From Tepidisphaera sp. (GTDB lineage: Bacteria; Planctomycetota; Phycisphaerae; Phycisphaerales; UBA1924), in NCBI GenBank assembly GCA_050916045.1, contig CP051526.1:2592001-2656000 (forward strand): 64,000 nt of DNA. The letters are read 5' to 3'. Positions 20,277-30,481 of this stretch are shown one piece after another. The position numbers and the translations under genes were made by a program. The notes beneath the pieces were generated by a model. The model was not told the DNA's origin. It did not search any database and saw nothing but the letters and a program-made list of their open reading frames with translations. How positions within the stretch are numbered: position 1 is the first letter of the stretch; each line of letters opens with the position of its first letter.

Positions 20277-22271
20277 TCACCCCTTCCGACCCCGCTCCAC
20301 CAGCACCGACAAAAGCGTCAGGTCCGCCGGCGTCATTCCCTCAAGCCTCGAAGCCTGCCCGAACGTCCGCGGCTTGAACCGCGCCAAAGCCTGCCGCGCC
20401 TCCGTCCGCATCGTCACAAACCCCCCGAAATCCACCCCCGCCGGAATCGCCCGGTGCTCAAGCTCCGCCGCCCGCTTGATCTCCGCCCGCGCCTTCTCCA
20501 CATACGGCTCATACTTCCAGTCCGCGTACACCGTCTCAAAAACACCACGCCCCGCAGCCGCAAGCTCCGGATGATTCGCCGCGACCCACGCCCGCAGGTC
20601 CGTCATCTCATACTGCGACAACCTCAGCATCCGCGCCATCGGCATCCCGCCGTCCCGCCCGCGCCGGATCGCTTCATTGATCGCCTGCGAGTACGCCCGC
20701 CGCCGCTCAAAAGCCCGCTTCCGCACCCCGCCGACCTCCCCGCGAAGAAGCCCAAGCTCTTCCGCTTTCCCCGTCAGCCGGTCCGGCGCATTGTCCCCCC
20801 GCAGCAGCAGCCGATACTCCGCCCGGCTCGTGAACATCCGATACGGCTCTACCGGCGTCTTCGTGATGAGGTCATCCATCATCACCCCCAGGTACCCCTC
20901 CTCCCGCCCGAACACCACCTCGCCCTCCCCGCGCACATACCTCGCCGCATTCAAGCCCGCGATCAGCCCCTGCGCCGCCGCTTCCTCGTACCCGCTCGTC
21001 CCGTTGATCTGCCCCGCCAGAAACAGCCCCTCCACCGCTTTCGTCATCCCCGTCGCCAGGATCTGGTGCGGCCGCACCATGTCATACTCCACCGCGTACC
21101 CGTACCGATAGATCTCCGCCCGCTCACACCCCGGCATCGACCGCACGATCGCGTCCTGCACATCCGCCGGCAAGCTCGTCGAGATCCCGTTGCAGTAGAT
21201 CCAGTCATCACGCAAGCTCTCCGGCTCGAGAAACACCCCGTGCGTCTCCCGCTCCGCGAACCGCACCACCTTGTCCTCGATCGACGGGCAATACCGCGGC
21301 CCCACGCTCTCGATCTGCCCCGAATACATCGGCGCCCGGTGCAGATTCGCCCGGATCACCGCCGCCGCTTCCGGCGTGGTCTGCGTCTGCCGGCAATCCA
21401 CCTGCGTGAGACACGGAAACCGCTCCGCGCTCGCCAATCCTCGCGTTTCCGAAAGAGACGATCGCGCGAGCGATCGCTCGCTCCCCTCTCGCGACGACTC
21501 CCCCACCTCGCAGCTCAATTCCGAAAACGGCACCGGCAGCGCATCCCCCGGCGCCGGCTTAAGCTCATCCCACCGGATCGACCCCTTCTTCAGCCGCGGC
21601 GGCGTCCCGGTCTTCAGCCTTCCAAGCTCAAACCCAAGCTCCTTCAGCGCCCCCGAAATCCCCACCGCCGCCGCTTCCCCGTGCCGCCCGCCCTCCGTCT
21701 TGCTCTCCCCCGTGTGCATCAACCCGCGCATGAACGTGCCCGTCGTCAGCACCACCGCCCTCGCGACAAGCGTGAACACCTCGCCCGCGCACGCCACCAC
21801 CACGCCCCGCACCTTTCCCCCCTCGACGATCAGCTTCTCCACCGTCCCCGCCACGACCTCGATCTCCGGCCGCATCGCGATCAGCCTCTGCACCTCTTCC
21901 GCGTACGCGTGCTTGTCGCACTGCGCCCGTGGCCCGAACACCGCCGGCCCCTTGCTCGAATTCAGCCGCTTGAACTGAATCCCCGTCGCATCAGTCGCAA
22001 GCCCCATCAGCCCGTTCAGTGCATCCACCTCCCGAACCAGCTGCCCCTTCGCAAGCCCCCCGATCGCCGGATTGCACGACATCACCCCGATCTTCGTCGG
22101 ATCAATCGTCACCAGCGCGACAGCCCCCGCACCGCCGCCGTCCGCCCGACTCTCAGTAGCCCCACGCTGCGAACCGGCTTGCTCCGCGAACACATTCGCG
22201 CAAGCCCACGCCGCTTCCACCCCGGCATGACCGCCGCCAATCACCACAACCTCGAATCGCCGTTCTTTCAC
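20277..22271 (-). CDS. mnmG: tRNA uridine-5-carboxymethylaminomethyl modification enzyme (GidA)
   Basis: GGGHAG, MSCNPAIGG, RLKTGTPPR, PRYCPSIEDK, GQINGTSGYEEAAAQG. Confidence 0.97.
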   Translation of the reverse strand: MKERRFEVVVIGGGHAGVEAAWACANVFAEQAGSQRGATESRADGGGAGAVALVTIDPTKIGVMSCNPAIGGLAKGQLVREVDALNGLMGLATDATGIQFKRLNSSKGPAVFGPRAQCDKHAYAEEVQRLIAMRPEIEVVAGTVEKLIVEGGKVRGVVVACAGEVFTLVARAVVLTTGTFMRGLMHTGESKTEGGRHGEAAAVGISGALKELGFELGRLKTGTPPRLKKGSIRWDELKPAPGDALPVPFSELSCEVGESSREGSERSLARSSLSETRGLASAERFPCLTQVDCRQTQTTPEAAAVIRANLHRAPMYSGQIESVGPRYCPSIEDKVVRFAERETHGVFLEPESLRDDWIYCNGISTSLPADVQDAIVRSMPGCERAEIYRYGYAVEYDMVRPHQILATGMTKAVEGLFLAGQINGTSGYEEAAAQGLIAGLNAARYVRGEGEVVFGREEGYLGVMMDDLITKTPVEPYRMFTSRAEYRLLLRGDNAPDRLTGKAEELGLLRGEVGGVRKRAFERRRAYSQAINEAIRRGRDGGMPMARMLRLSQYEMTDLRAWVAANHPELAAAGRGVFETVYADWKYEPYVEKARAEIKRAAELEHRAIPAGVDFGGFVTMRTEARQALARFKPRTFGQASRLEGMTPADLTLLSVLVERGRKG

Positions 22272-22279
22272 GCTCAATC

Positions 22280-23101
22280 CTACGAACCCTCCCGCGCCCG
22301 CTCCTGCGCTACCGCCAACTCAATCCGCGTCGCCTCCGCCACCCGCGCCATCTCGCTCTCCAGCGCGATCAACGCCAGCATCAGCAAAAGCGTGTACAGC
22401 ACCCCGCCCGCAAGCCCGTCCCGCAACGTCAGCCAAAGCACCAGTACGCCCAGCCCGCCGAAAATGATGAACACATTCCGCCGAAACCGCCTGTAACCCG
22501 CCTTCGACTCCCAACCCCATCCCGCCGCGCGACGCTCCAACCCCTCAAGCACCCGTGACATCGCCACCAAATACGTCACGCCCACCCCGGCCGCGCTCCA
22601 GAACACGATCAATTCCACAATCTCGCTCGCTCTCGAGCGATCCACAAACCACGCGACCACCCAATACCCCGGGATCAACATCAACCCGGGACCGCACCAC
22701 CGCACCCAGCCCCGCGCCCCCGCCGTCGGCGCATGCCCGCTCACCGGCACACGTCCAAGCATCCACGCGCCCGCGCCCTGGACCGCGAAACTCGCGATCA
22801 ACACCACCCCCAGCACCGCCATGATGATCCCCGCAGGCCGATCCGCGAAACCGAACACCATCGGCGCAAGCAGCATCCCCGCCGACGTCGCCGCCATCCC
22901 CCGCGCACTCCACTTCAGCATCCATACCGCGCGAACATTCCGCGCAAGCCACTCCCGATCCGCGAACCGAAGCGAGCAGATCGGATTCACGCTCGACTGA
23001 ATCGATGCCGCACACTCCGGACACACCCCGCTCGCCGCAAGCCCGCGAAGCTCATACCCGCACACATCGCACCGCACCCCCGCTCCAACGACTTCGCTCA
23101 T
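22280..23101 (-). CDS. Multi-TM membrane protein with N-terminal zinc ribbon
   Basis: CDVCGYELRGL-x5-CPECA then about six TM helices. Confidence 0.75.
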   Translation of the reverse strand: MSEVVGAGVRCDVCGYELRGLAASGVCPECAASIQSSVNPICSLRFADREWLARNVRAVWMLKWSARGMAATSAGMLLAPMVFGFADRPAGIIMAVLGVVLIASFAVQGAGAWMLGRVPVSGHAPTAGARGWVRWCGPGLMLIPGYWVVAWFVDRSRASEIVELIVFWSAAGVGVTYLVAMSRVLEGLERRAAGWGWESKAGYRRFRRNVFIIFGGLGVLVLWLTLRDGLAGGVLYTLLLMLALIALESEMARVAEATRIELAVAQERAREGS

Positions 23102-23125
23102 TCATCACCCCCTCCCCCACCACCC

Positions 23126-24121
23126 TCACGGCCACCCCGCCCCGCTCCGCAAGCCCTTCGGCCCGCTCCCCGCCAAGCGAATCGCCTCCATCCCCGCCGG
23201 CGACAGATCCTCCGGCTTCGGCGTCACGATCTGCGGCACCACATACAAGTCCCCCGCCGTCCCCGCCGCCGGCTTGATCCCAAGCCCCCTCAGCCGCATC
23301 TTCTTCCCGCTCGCCGTCCCCGCCGGGATCTTCATCTCCACGCTCCCCTCAAGCGTCGGCACGTTCACCGCCGCTCCAAGCGTCGCTTCCGCCACCGTCA
23401 GCGGCACGTCAATCGCAAGATCAAGCGACGACTCCCCACCCTCCCGCCGAAACAGCGGATGCGCATCCACAAGCACCCGAATATGCAGATCCGTCGGGTC
23501 CCCATCCTCATCCATCGGCCCAAGCCCGCGAAGCCGCATCGTCGTCCCGCTCGGAATCCCCGCCGGGATCTTCACATCCACCGCCCGCGATGACCCGTGC
23601 GATGAGATCTTCAGCGACTCCGTCCCGCCCCGCGCCGCTTTCATGAAGTCCACTCGGATGTCGTGCACCGCCGGCGTCTCCGGCTCCTCCCGACGCGTCC
23701 GCTTCGAGCTCGCCCGCCGCCCCGACGTCCGCCCGCTCCCGCCCATGCCCCCGCCCCCGCCGAAAAACGTGTCGAACATCGACCCAAGGTCATCCGGGTC
23801 AAAGTGCTGCCCGCCCACGTTCACCCGGCCGCTCTGCCCGGGCCACCCATACGGCGTCCCGCCGCCCCGTCCCGCCGATGCCGCCTGCTCCGCGCCCGCC
23901 CCGCTCAGCCCCGCTTCGCCGAACTGGTCGTACACCTTCCGCTTCTTCTCATCCGAAAGCACGTCGTACGCGTTCTGCACCTCCGTGAACTTCTTCTGCG
24001 CATCCGCAGCTTTGTTCACGTCCGGATGAAGCTTCCGCGCAAGGCCCCGATACGCCTTCTTGATCTCATCCGCCGAGGCGCCCTTCGACACCCCAAGCAC
24101 TTCGTAGTAGTCGCGTCCCAT
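23126..24121 (-). CDS. Class II DnaJ/CbpA-like chaperone
   Basis: J domain with HPD, G/F-rich linker, DnaJ_C, no zinc finger. Confidence 0.9.
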   Translation of the reverse strand: MGRDYYEVLGVSKGASADEIKKAYRGLARKLHPDVNKAADAQKKFTEVQNAYDVLSDEKKRKVYDQFGEAGLSGAGAEQAASAGRGGGTPYGWPGQSGRVNVGGQHFDPDDLGSMFDTFFGGGGGMGGSGRTSGRRASSKRTRREEPETPAVHDIRVDFMKAARGGTESLKISSHGSSRAVDVKIPAGIPSGTTMRLRGLGPMDEDGDPTDLHIRVLVDAHPLFRREGGESSLDLAIDVPLTVAEATLGAAVNVPTLEGSVEMKIPAGTASGKKMRLRGLGIKPAAGTAGDLYVVPQIVTPKPEDLSPAGMEAIRLAGSGPKGLRSGAGWP

Positions 24122-24173
24122 CGTGCGCAAGCGTACGCCCCCACACCCGCCCTTCCCGCCACCAAAACGACAA

Positions 24174-24199
24174 CGCCCGCGGGAGATCTCCCGCGGGCG
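24174..24199 (-). terminator. Perfect 26-bp palindrome, probable terminator
   Basis: CGCCCGCGGGAGATCTCCCGCGGGCG just downstream of the FKBP gene. Confidence 0.6.
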
Positions 24200-24241
24200 C
24201 TGCGTTGTTCATCTCACGCCGGTTCTCCACCGGCGATCGGC

Positions 24242-25573
24242 TTACTTCGGATCAGCCTTCTTCTCGGCCTCGGCCGGCTTGGCTTCCGGCTGCTTGGTAT
24301 CGGGACCCGCGGGGGCCGCCGGCTGCGCGACCGGAGCGGCTTCCACGTTCACGACCTCCACCTCGAAGATCACGTCCGCGTTCGGCGGCACCATCGGCGA
24401 ACGCCCACGCTCGCCCCACGCCATCGCCGGCGGGATGAAGAGCCGCAGATTCGCGCCCTTCGCGTAACCCTTCAAAGCGTTCGTCCACCCGCGGATCATC
24501 TGCCCCTGGTTGAACACCAGCGGCTGCTTGTTCCGCGAGGAATCCACGAACTTCATGTTCTTGCCGACCCAGCCCGTGTAGTTCGCCGCGATCCGCTCGG
24601 TCGAGTCGATCTTCAGACCGTCGCCCTTCGAATACTCGATCACGATCAGGCCTTCCTCAAGCGTCCGGACCGTCGCCGCCGGGGTCGCCGAACGAGCCCA
24701 CGTCGCCGCGCCTTCCTTGTCGCCCCAGACGACCTTCCCGTTCGCGTCAAACCCGCGATCCTGAGTCGTCGCCGAGTCCTTCGTGATCGTCAGCTCGCTC
24801 GTCATCTCGACCGCCCCGCCCACCGCCGTCGGGTACGGATACGGCGTCTTGCCCTTGATCCCGTTGGAATCAACCGTCAGTTCAAGGTCAAGCGTCCCCA
24901 CCAGCCAGTCGCGGTTCAGGTCCGACGGGAACCACTGAGGAATGAACGACATCCCCGCCAGCGCCTTCACCGCCGTGTCCGTCCCGTCCTGCCCGCGGTG
25001 AAGCTCGTACGTCCGCAGACGGATCTTCCCCTGGTGCTTGTAAAGCTGATAGATCGCCGTCCGGAACGGAGCGTGCACGCTGTCCGCCCGCGCGATCTCC
25101 GAGAACATCGCGTTCTCAACGCCGTTGATCGCCACCGGCGCGATGCTCATCACCAGAGCCGTCGAGCCCGACCCGTCGCCCAGCGGCACGTCCTTGGTCG
25201 TCTTCCACGTCCCCGCGATCATCTGACCGGCCTTCTCGAGGTCCGCATCGGTCCACTTGGCAACCGAAGCCGTCCGCGCCGGAGGGGGCGGCGGAGGAGG
25301 CGTCGCGGGCTGACCGCCCGTCACCGACTTGATCGGCGGAACGCCGCCCGGGTTCGTACCCGGAGGCGTCGCCGAACCGGGCTGGCCCGCTCCAGGCTGA
25401 CCCGCGCCAGGCTGACCACCACCGGGCTGACCAGCAGCCGGCTTGGCCGCGCCCGGGGCGCCAGGAGTGGAACCCGACCCCGGCTGCGCCCAAGCGGGCA
25501 CGATCGCCGCCATCAGGGCAAGCCCGCAGGCCGCGCACATTGCTTTCATCGAAGTGTTTTTCATCGCTTTCAT
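24242..25573 (-). CDS. Secreted CpcT/CpeT-like domain + FKBP peptidyl-prolyl isomerase fusion
   Basis: Signal peptide, P/G/Q-rich linker, DRGFDANGKVVWG (CpcT-like), QMIRGW and IPPAMAWG..VPPNADVIFEVEV (FKBP). Confidence 0.8.
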   Translation of the reverse strand: MKAMKNTSMKAMCAACGLALMAAIVPAWAQPGSGSTPGAPGAAKPAAGQPGGGQPGAGQPGAGQPGSATPPGTNPGGVPPIKSVTGGQPATPPPPPPPARTASVAKWTDADLEKAGQMIAGTWKTTKDVPLGDGSGSTALVMSIAPVAINGVENAMFSEIARADSVHAPFRTAIYQLYKHQGKIRLRTYELHRGQDGTDTAVKALAGMSFIPQWFPSDLNRDWLVGTLDLELTVDSNGIKGKTPYPYPTAVGGAVEMTSELTITKDSATTQDRGFDANGKVVWGDKEGAATWARSATPAATVRTLEEGLIVIEYSKGDGLKIDSTERIAANYTGWVGKNMKFVDSSRNKQPLVFNQGQMIRGWTNALKGYAKGANLRLFIPPAMAWGERGRSPMVPPNADVIFEVEVVNVEAAPVAQPAAPAGPDTKQPEAKPAEAEKKADPK

Positions 25574-25668
25574 AGTTTGAATCGTCCTTCTGAGATCAGA
25601 CTCGTTGCGACCCGGGATGGCGGCTTTCCCCGCCCGAGACTCCCGACGTCCAGACCTCCGACACGTCC

Positions 25669-26655
25669 TTACGCCAGCTCCGGGAACATCTTGCGGACCA
25701 CGCCCACAAGATCCTTCACGTGGCTGATCGACTCGTTCATGAACTTCTGCTCTTCCGCGTCCAGCTTGAACGTCAGCACCCGCTCCACGCCGTTGGCGCC
25801 AAGCACCGCCGGCACGCCGACGAAGTAGCCCTGCCCCTTCTGGCCCGGCGCGACGCCGAACTCATCCTCGCAGTACGCCGCCGACGCGATCACCCGCTTC
25901 TTGTCGCGAACGATCGACTCCACCATCTCGATCGTCCCCGCCGCCGGCGCGTAGTACGCGCTCGTGCCCATCAGGTTCACGATCTCGCCGCCGCCCACCT
26001 TCGCACGCTGCACGCACGCCGCGATCTTCTCCGCCGGGAGCAGATCGCTCACCGGAATCCCGTTCACGCTCGTCCGCTTCGGCAGCGGAACCATGTCGTC
26101 CCCGTGCCCGCCGAGCAGCAGGCCCTGGATGTCCTCGACCGACACGCCAAGCTCCATCGCCAGGAACGTCTTGTACCGCGCCACGTCCAGCGCACCCGCC
26201 TGACCCATCACGCGGTGCGCCGGGAAACCCGTCACCTTCCACGCCACATACACCATCGCGTCAAGCGGATTGCTCACCACGATCACGACCGCGTTGGGCG
26301 CATACTCGCGAACCTTCTCCGCGCAGCTCTTCACGATCCCCGTGTTCACCTGGATCAGATCGTCCCGGCTCATCCCCGGACGACGCGGCAGACCCGCCGT
26401 GATCACCACCACGTCGCTGTTGGCGATGTCCGCATAATCGAACGTCCCCGTGATCTTCGCGTCAAAGTTCTCGATCGGTCCGCAGCACGCAAGGTCCAGC
26501 GCCTTGCCCTTGGGCATGTGAAGCTCGGGCTTGTCCTTGTTCTGGATGTCCAGCAGAACGATGTCCCCAAGCTCCTTCGCCGCCGCCCAGTGCGCGCACG
26601 TCCCGCCGATGTTCCCTGCTCCGATAATGCTGATCTTCGCCCGCCGCGTCGGCAT
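25669..26655 (-). CDS. mdh: Malate dehydrogenase (LDH-like)
   Basis: GAGNIG, PRRPGMSRDDL, VSNPLD, GGHGD, SAYYAP. Confidence 0.95.
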   Translation of the reverse strand: MPTRRAKISIIGAGNIGGTCAHWAAAKELGDIVLLDIQNKDKPELHMPKGKALDLACCGPIENFDAKITGTFDYADIANSDVVVITAGLPRRPGMSRDDLIQVNTGIVKSCAEKVREYAPNAVVIVVSNPLDAMVYVAWKVTGFPAHRVMGQAGALDVARYKTFLAMELGVSVEDIQGLLLGGHGDDMVPLPKRTSVNGIPVSDLLPAEKIAACVQRAKVGGGEIVNLMGTSAYYAPAAGTIEMVESIVRDKKRVIASAAYCEDEFGVAPGQKGQGYFVGVPAVLGANGVERVLTFKLDAEEQKFMNESISHVKDLVGVVRKMFPELA

Positions 26656-26788
26656 GTTGTGACTCTCCAGTTTTGACCCTGAGGCCCGTCACCATCTCGG
26701 TGGACGCCGTGCCTCGAGGGGGCGCAAGCATAGGCCCCGGCACCCCCTGTACGACCGACTCACCCCGTTCTGGCCGCTCTCCCGGACG

Positions 26789-26820
26789 AAAAAAAGCCCG
26801 CGGCTTACGCCACGGGCTTC
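26789..26820 (-). terminator. Intrinsic terminator
   Basis: Minus strand AAGCCCGTGGC-GTAA-GCCGCGGGCTTTTTTT after the HEAT-repeat gene. Confidence 0.75.
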
Positions 26821-26845
26821 ATCGGTCATTCTCTTCATCCAGGCT

Positions 26846-29059
26846 TTACTTCTTGCCGGCAATCAGCGGAAGAAGCTGGCTGTTCGACAGGTTCAGCGAA
26901 CCCAGCACCGAAGCCGCCGCCGTCGCCTCCGCCGCGTCGGCGCTCATCGCCGCTTCACGCAGGCGGGACACATGACGGTTATCCATCTTGTTCCCGTACC
27001 GGCGGGCCGAAGCCCCAAGCTTGCCAAGAAGCCCAACCCGCTCCTCGCCCGTCGCCTTGAACGCCGCGTCCGCCAGCGCCCGCTGGGCCTGCTGCTGATC
27101 GATCCGCGAAACCACCTCCGCCACGTCCATCCGCACTTCCGCGCGATTGTCCCCAAGCGAAGCCACCAGCGACTGCGCCGCATCCTCAACCTTCAGCACC
27201 GCGTTCCCGCCCACCGCAAGGTCGCGAAGAACCGCCAAGGACTGAAGCGAGTACGCCGCCGACTCATCCGCAGAGATCGGGCCGCCCGTCGTCGAATCCG
27301 AAAGCTCCTTGATCGTCGCCAGCACCGCCGCCTCGCCGGCCGCCGACGGACGAACCGCCACCGACCCGTCCGACGTGTACCGCTTGCGAAGATCAGGGAT
27401 GTTGTCCTGCGTCGCCAGAATCACGATCGGAGACGCCGCCAACTTCGCGTCCGTCCGAACTTCCGCCACCGTGTTCGAAGCCTGCTCGACGTTCAGATTC
27501 GCCGTCACCACAAGGTCCACCGCCGCCGCCGAAGCAACCGGCTGCGCGATGTCCGCAAGCGTCTTGCCGTACGGAAGCACCTTGTACCCGGCCTTCTCCA
27601 CCATCCCCCGAACCGCCTGGTACACCTCGACGCTGCTCGCGAACACCACCGCGTTCCGCTCCGAAGCCTCGCGGATCGCGCCCGCAAGCGTCGGCACCAC
27701 GCGCTCGGAGCCCGTGAACGTCTCACGCGGCTGCGCCGCGCCCAGAACGATCGCCGCTTCATACTGCACGCGACGGTTCGGATAGTTGATCGCCTCAAGC
27801 AGCGGCTGACGCGTCAGTCCGCTCGACCACAGCGAGGATCCGCCCGCCGTCTTGCTCAGCGCCGCGATCGCCTTGCGGGCAAGCGGCGTGTTCCGAGCAT
27901 CGATCGCACGCGCCAGCACCCGCTGGCACGCCTGCGCGCCCGAAGCCACCGCGTAGTACATCGCGTTCTTCCGCTCCGCCGGATACAGCGGATTCTGGTA
28001 ACCCTCGGGCGTCTCGATCTCACGCTTGAAGTTCGAAGCCACCCACAGCGCCACCGCCTCGGGGTTCTCCGTCTGCAGGTTCAGCGCCCGCTCCACGCTC
28101 CGCATCGCCATCGCCTCGTGGTACACGGGCGTGCGAATCGCCGTCATCGACAGGCCCACCGAAGGCTCGAAATCCCAGATCAGCTGGAACTCATCCGACG
28201 GGAAGCTCGTCACGTCCGCGCTCTGCATCGCGTAACGCTCCGCCAGCGCCAGATAAAGCTCGCTCGGCGGAACCTGGCTCACATCGCTGAACCGCGACAG
28301 CGCCCGCTCGCACGCCGAACGCACCGCCGCGTTCTTGGTCGACTGCTGAAGCTCCGCCAGGTACGGCAGAGACGCCGGATACCCGATGTCACCCAGCACC
28401 ATCGCCACCCGCTCCTGACCCACGCCGTCAAGGCCCATCAGCGCCGCGCACAGCGGCTGCACCGACCGCGAACCCATCGCCGTCAGCACCGACTGCGCCT
28501 CCGCCGCAAGCACCGCGTCCCCGCGGCTGTCCAGCATCGCACGCAGAAGCTGCGGCACCGCGTACTCGCTCGCCGCCTTCAGACGCTCGCCGCCAAGCAC
28601 CCGCCCGCGGGCGTTGCCAGTCAGCATCTTGATCGACCTGGCGATCTCGTCAGGGTCCCGAGCAAGCTCAAGCTTGCCCTTCTCGTACAGCGCCATCAGC
28701 TCAGACGCGATCGAAGCCACGTCCGACACGCGCTGCGCCTTCGCCGACGCCGCGTCGAACCGCTCCACCTGATCCGAACCCTCGACAACCTTGGTCACAA
28801 AGTCGCGGGCCGCCACCTTCCGAGAAAGCAGCTCGTTCCCGAAAGCCTGCGCCAGCTTGTAGTTGTCGATGTTCACATAGTGGATGAAATCGCTCAGGAG
28901 CTGCACTTCCGTCTTGGTCGTCACCGACTCGTCCGCCGCCTGGGCGAACGCCGTCGACGTCGTGCCGACGGACGCGACAAGCGCCGCGATCACCAGCGCG
29001 CCGGCGCGGAACGTGGGAGCGAAGAAGGCATTACGATGGTCGCCGCGGGTGTGGGGCAC
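26846..29059 (-). CDS. Exported HEAT-repeat (alpha-solenoid) protein
   Basis: Signal peptide ending AFA-Q; HEAT-like repeats (AVPQLL, SLPYL, RRVQYEAA); start uncertain. Confidence 0.75.
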   Translation of the reverse strand: MPHTRGDHRNAFFAPTFRAGALVIAALVASVGTTSTAFAQAADESVTTKTEVQLLSDFIHYVNIDNYKLAQAFGNELLSRKVAARDFVTKVVEGSDQVERFDAASAKAQRVSDVASIASELMALYEKGKLELARDPDEIARSIKMLTGNARGRVLGGERLKAASEYAVPQLLRAMLDSRGDAVLAAEAQSVLTAMGSRSVQPLCAALMGLDGVGQERVAMVLGDIGYPASLPYLAELQQSTKNAAVRSACERALSRFSDVSQVPPSELYLALAERYAMQSADVTSFPSDEFQLIWDFEPSVGLSMTAIRTPVYHEAMAMRSVERALNLQTENPEAVALWVASNFKREIETPEGYQNPLYPAERKNAMYYAVASGAQACQRVLARAIDARNTPLARKAIAALSKTAGGSSLWSSGLTRQPLLEAINYPNRRVQYEAAIVLGAAQPRETFTGSERVVPTLAGAIREASERNAVVFASSVEVYQAVRGMVEKAGYKVLPYGKTLADIAQPVASAAAVDLVVTANLNVEQASNTVAEVRTDAKLAASPIVILATQDNIPDLRKRYTSDGSVAVRPSAAGEAAVLATIKELSDSTTGGPISADESAAYSLQSLAVLRDLAVGGNAVLKVEDAAQSLVASLGDNRAEVRMDVAEVVSRIDQQQAQRALADAAFKATGEERVGLLGKLGASARRYGNKMDNRHVSRLREAAMSADAAEATAAASVLGSLNLSNSQLLPLIAGKK

Positions 29060-29665
29060 AAGAAACTCCTGAGATCAAGGCCGTTCAATTTGCGATCGGC
29101 TGTCTGAATGGGCGGGGCTGTCTGTCAATGCATGGACGGGGCGTTGGCGGGGCGTCTCAAGCGGTCGCGTCGATGTCCAAGCGTCGATGCCAAGAGTCCG
29201 GATGCTCGTCCGGCACTCCTGTGCACGTCCGCGAGGGTTATCTTCCGTTCGCTCGGGGCCAGCAAACCGGGTGGGGATCTGTACGCAGCAAGCCCAAGGC
29301 CGGTTGCCGCCCTCCCGAAGCCACATTTCGGGACCTCGGACGCGCACCGCCTGCCTTGTCCCCCCCGCCAGGCTCGCGCCAGACGGGAATGGGACCCACA
29401 CTGTACCAAGTTCAGGCCCCGGGTGTCAATCAAGCCCCCAAACCCTTCCCAGCCGCCGACCCCCTCCCTTCCCATCGCACCGCCCCACTCCCAGGACCGG
29501 AAACCCCGCCAAGACCTCCCGACGACCGCCCGGTTTGCTCCGGAATTGTCGATTGGCGCGTCCCAGCGTGAAGTCGCCCCCCCCGGGTTGCCGATCGTTG
29601 GGGTGTCGAACGGCCCAGCGCACGGAAGCCCGGGCCCCGAACCACTGCGTTCAAGAGGTGAGATG

Positions 29666-30262
29666 ATGGCGTTTGAAAAAGAAGTCCTGACCACCGGCGA
29701 AGTTGCCAAGATCTGCAATGTCGCCCCTCGCACGGTCAGCAAGTGGTTCGACACCGGCGCGCTCAAGGGCTACCGAATCCCCGGTTCCCGCGACCGACGA
29801 ATCCCAACCTCCGAACTCCTCCGCTTCATGAAAGCCCACTCGATGCCCATCGACGGGCTCCTCTCAGGTCGCACCCGCGTCCTCCTCGTCGACGGCGAAC
29901 GCGAAGTCTGCGACACCCTCGCCAAAATCCTCACCGAACAGACCAACTACGAGGTCCGCACCGCCAACACCGGCTTCGCCGCCGGCATGGAAGCCGAACG
30001 CTTCAAGCCGCATGTCCTCCTCATGGACATCCACATCGGCGACGGCTCCGGCACCGGAAGCGGTGAAGCCAAGCAGGTCGCCGAAATGATCCGCAAGAGC
30101 GAAAACCTCCAGTTCACCCGCATCATCGCCATGAGCTCCAAGCTCACCGACGGGCAGGTCCACGGCCTCCGCGCCCAGGGCTTTGACTCCTTCCTCAAGA
30201 AGCCCTTCCAGGTCCGCCAGGTCGTCGAATCCATCGAAGCCGCGACGAACATCGCCGCTTGA
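29666..30262 (+). CDS. Excisionase-type HTH + receiver-domain response regulator
   Basis: LTTGEVAKICNVAPRTVSKWFD..IPGSRDRRIP; VLLVD, LLMD, KPF. Confidence 0.9.
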   Translation: MAFEKEVLTTGEVAKICNVAPRTVSKWFDTGALKGYRIPGSRDRRIPTSELLRFMKAHSMPIDGLLSGRTRVLLVDGEREVCDTLAKILTEQTNYEVRTANTGFAAGMEAERFKPHVLLMDIHIGDGSGTGSGEAKQVAEMIRKSENLQFTRIIAMSSKLTDGQVHGLRAQGFDSFLKKPFQVRQVVESIEAATNIAA

Positions 30263-30320
30263 CACCAAAGACGGCGCACGGACCCCTCACAGCCGCCTTT
30301 CCATTGCAGACTGTCCAGAG

Positions 30321-30357
30321 CACCGGGCCCCGTGGTGAGGCCCGGTGTTTGTTTTTC
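30321..30357 (+). terminator. Intrinsic terminator
   Basis: CACCGGGCC...GGCCCGGTG followed by TTTGTTTTT. Confidence 0.7.
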
Positions 30358-30481
30358 GTTCGTACGGCGTCAGTTCATTCCGATCACCGGAACGAACAAA
30401 ATTCCCTGTTTGAACATAGAAAGAGGAACCCTGCCTCCCCCGCTCCTGCGATCGGGACCGAGACAGAACTCGGAGGTTCCC

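Noticed and set aside
20454..29107. Very long antisense ORFs (e.g. 20454-22496, 23663-25828, 26972-29107; also 52260-54638)
   Set aside because: Shadow frames of real genes in high-GC, skewed DNA; R/P/H- or G/E/V-rich with no motifs
29666..30262. Excisionase indicating a mobile element
   Set aside because: The HTH is fused to a receiver domain, a normal regulator architecture, with no integrase nearby
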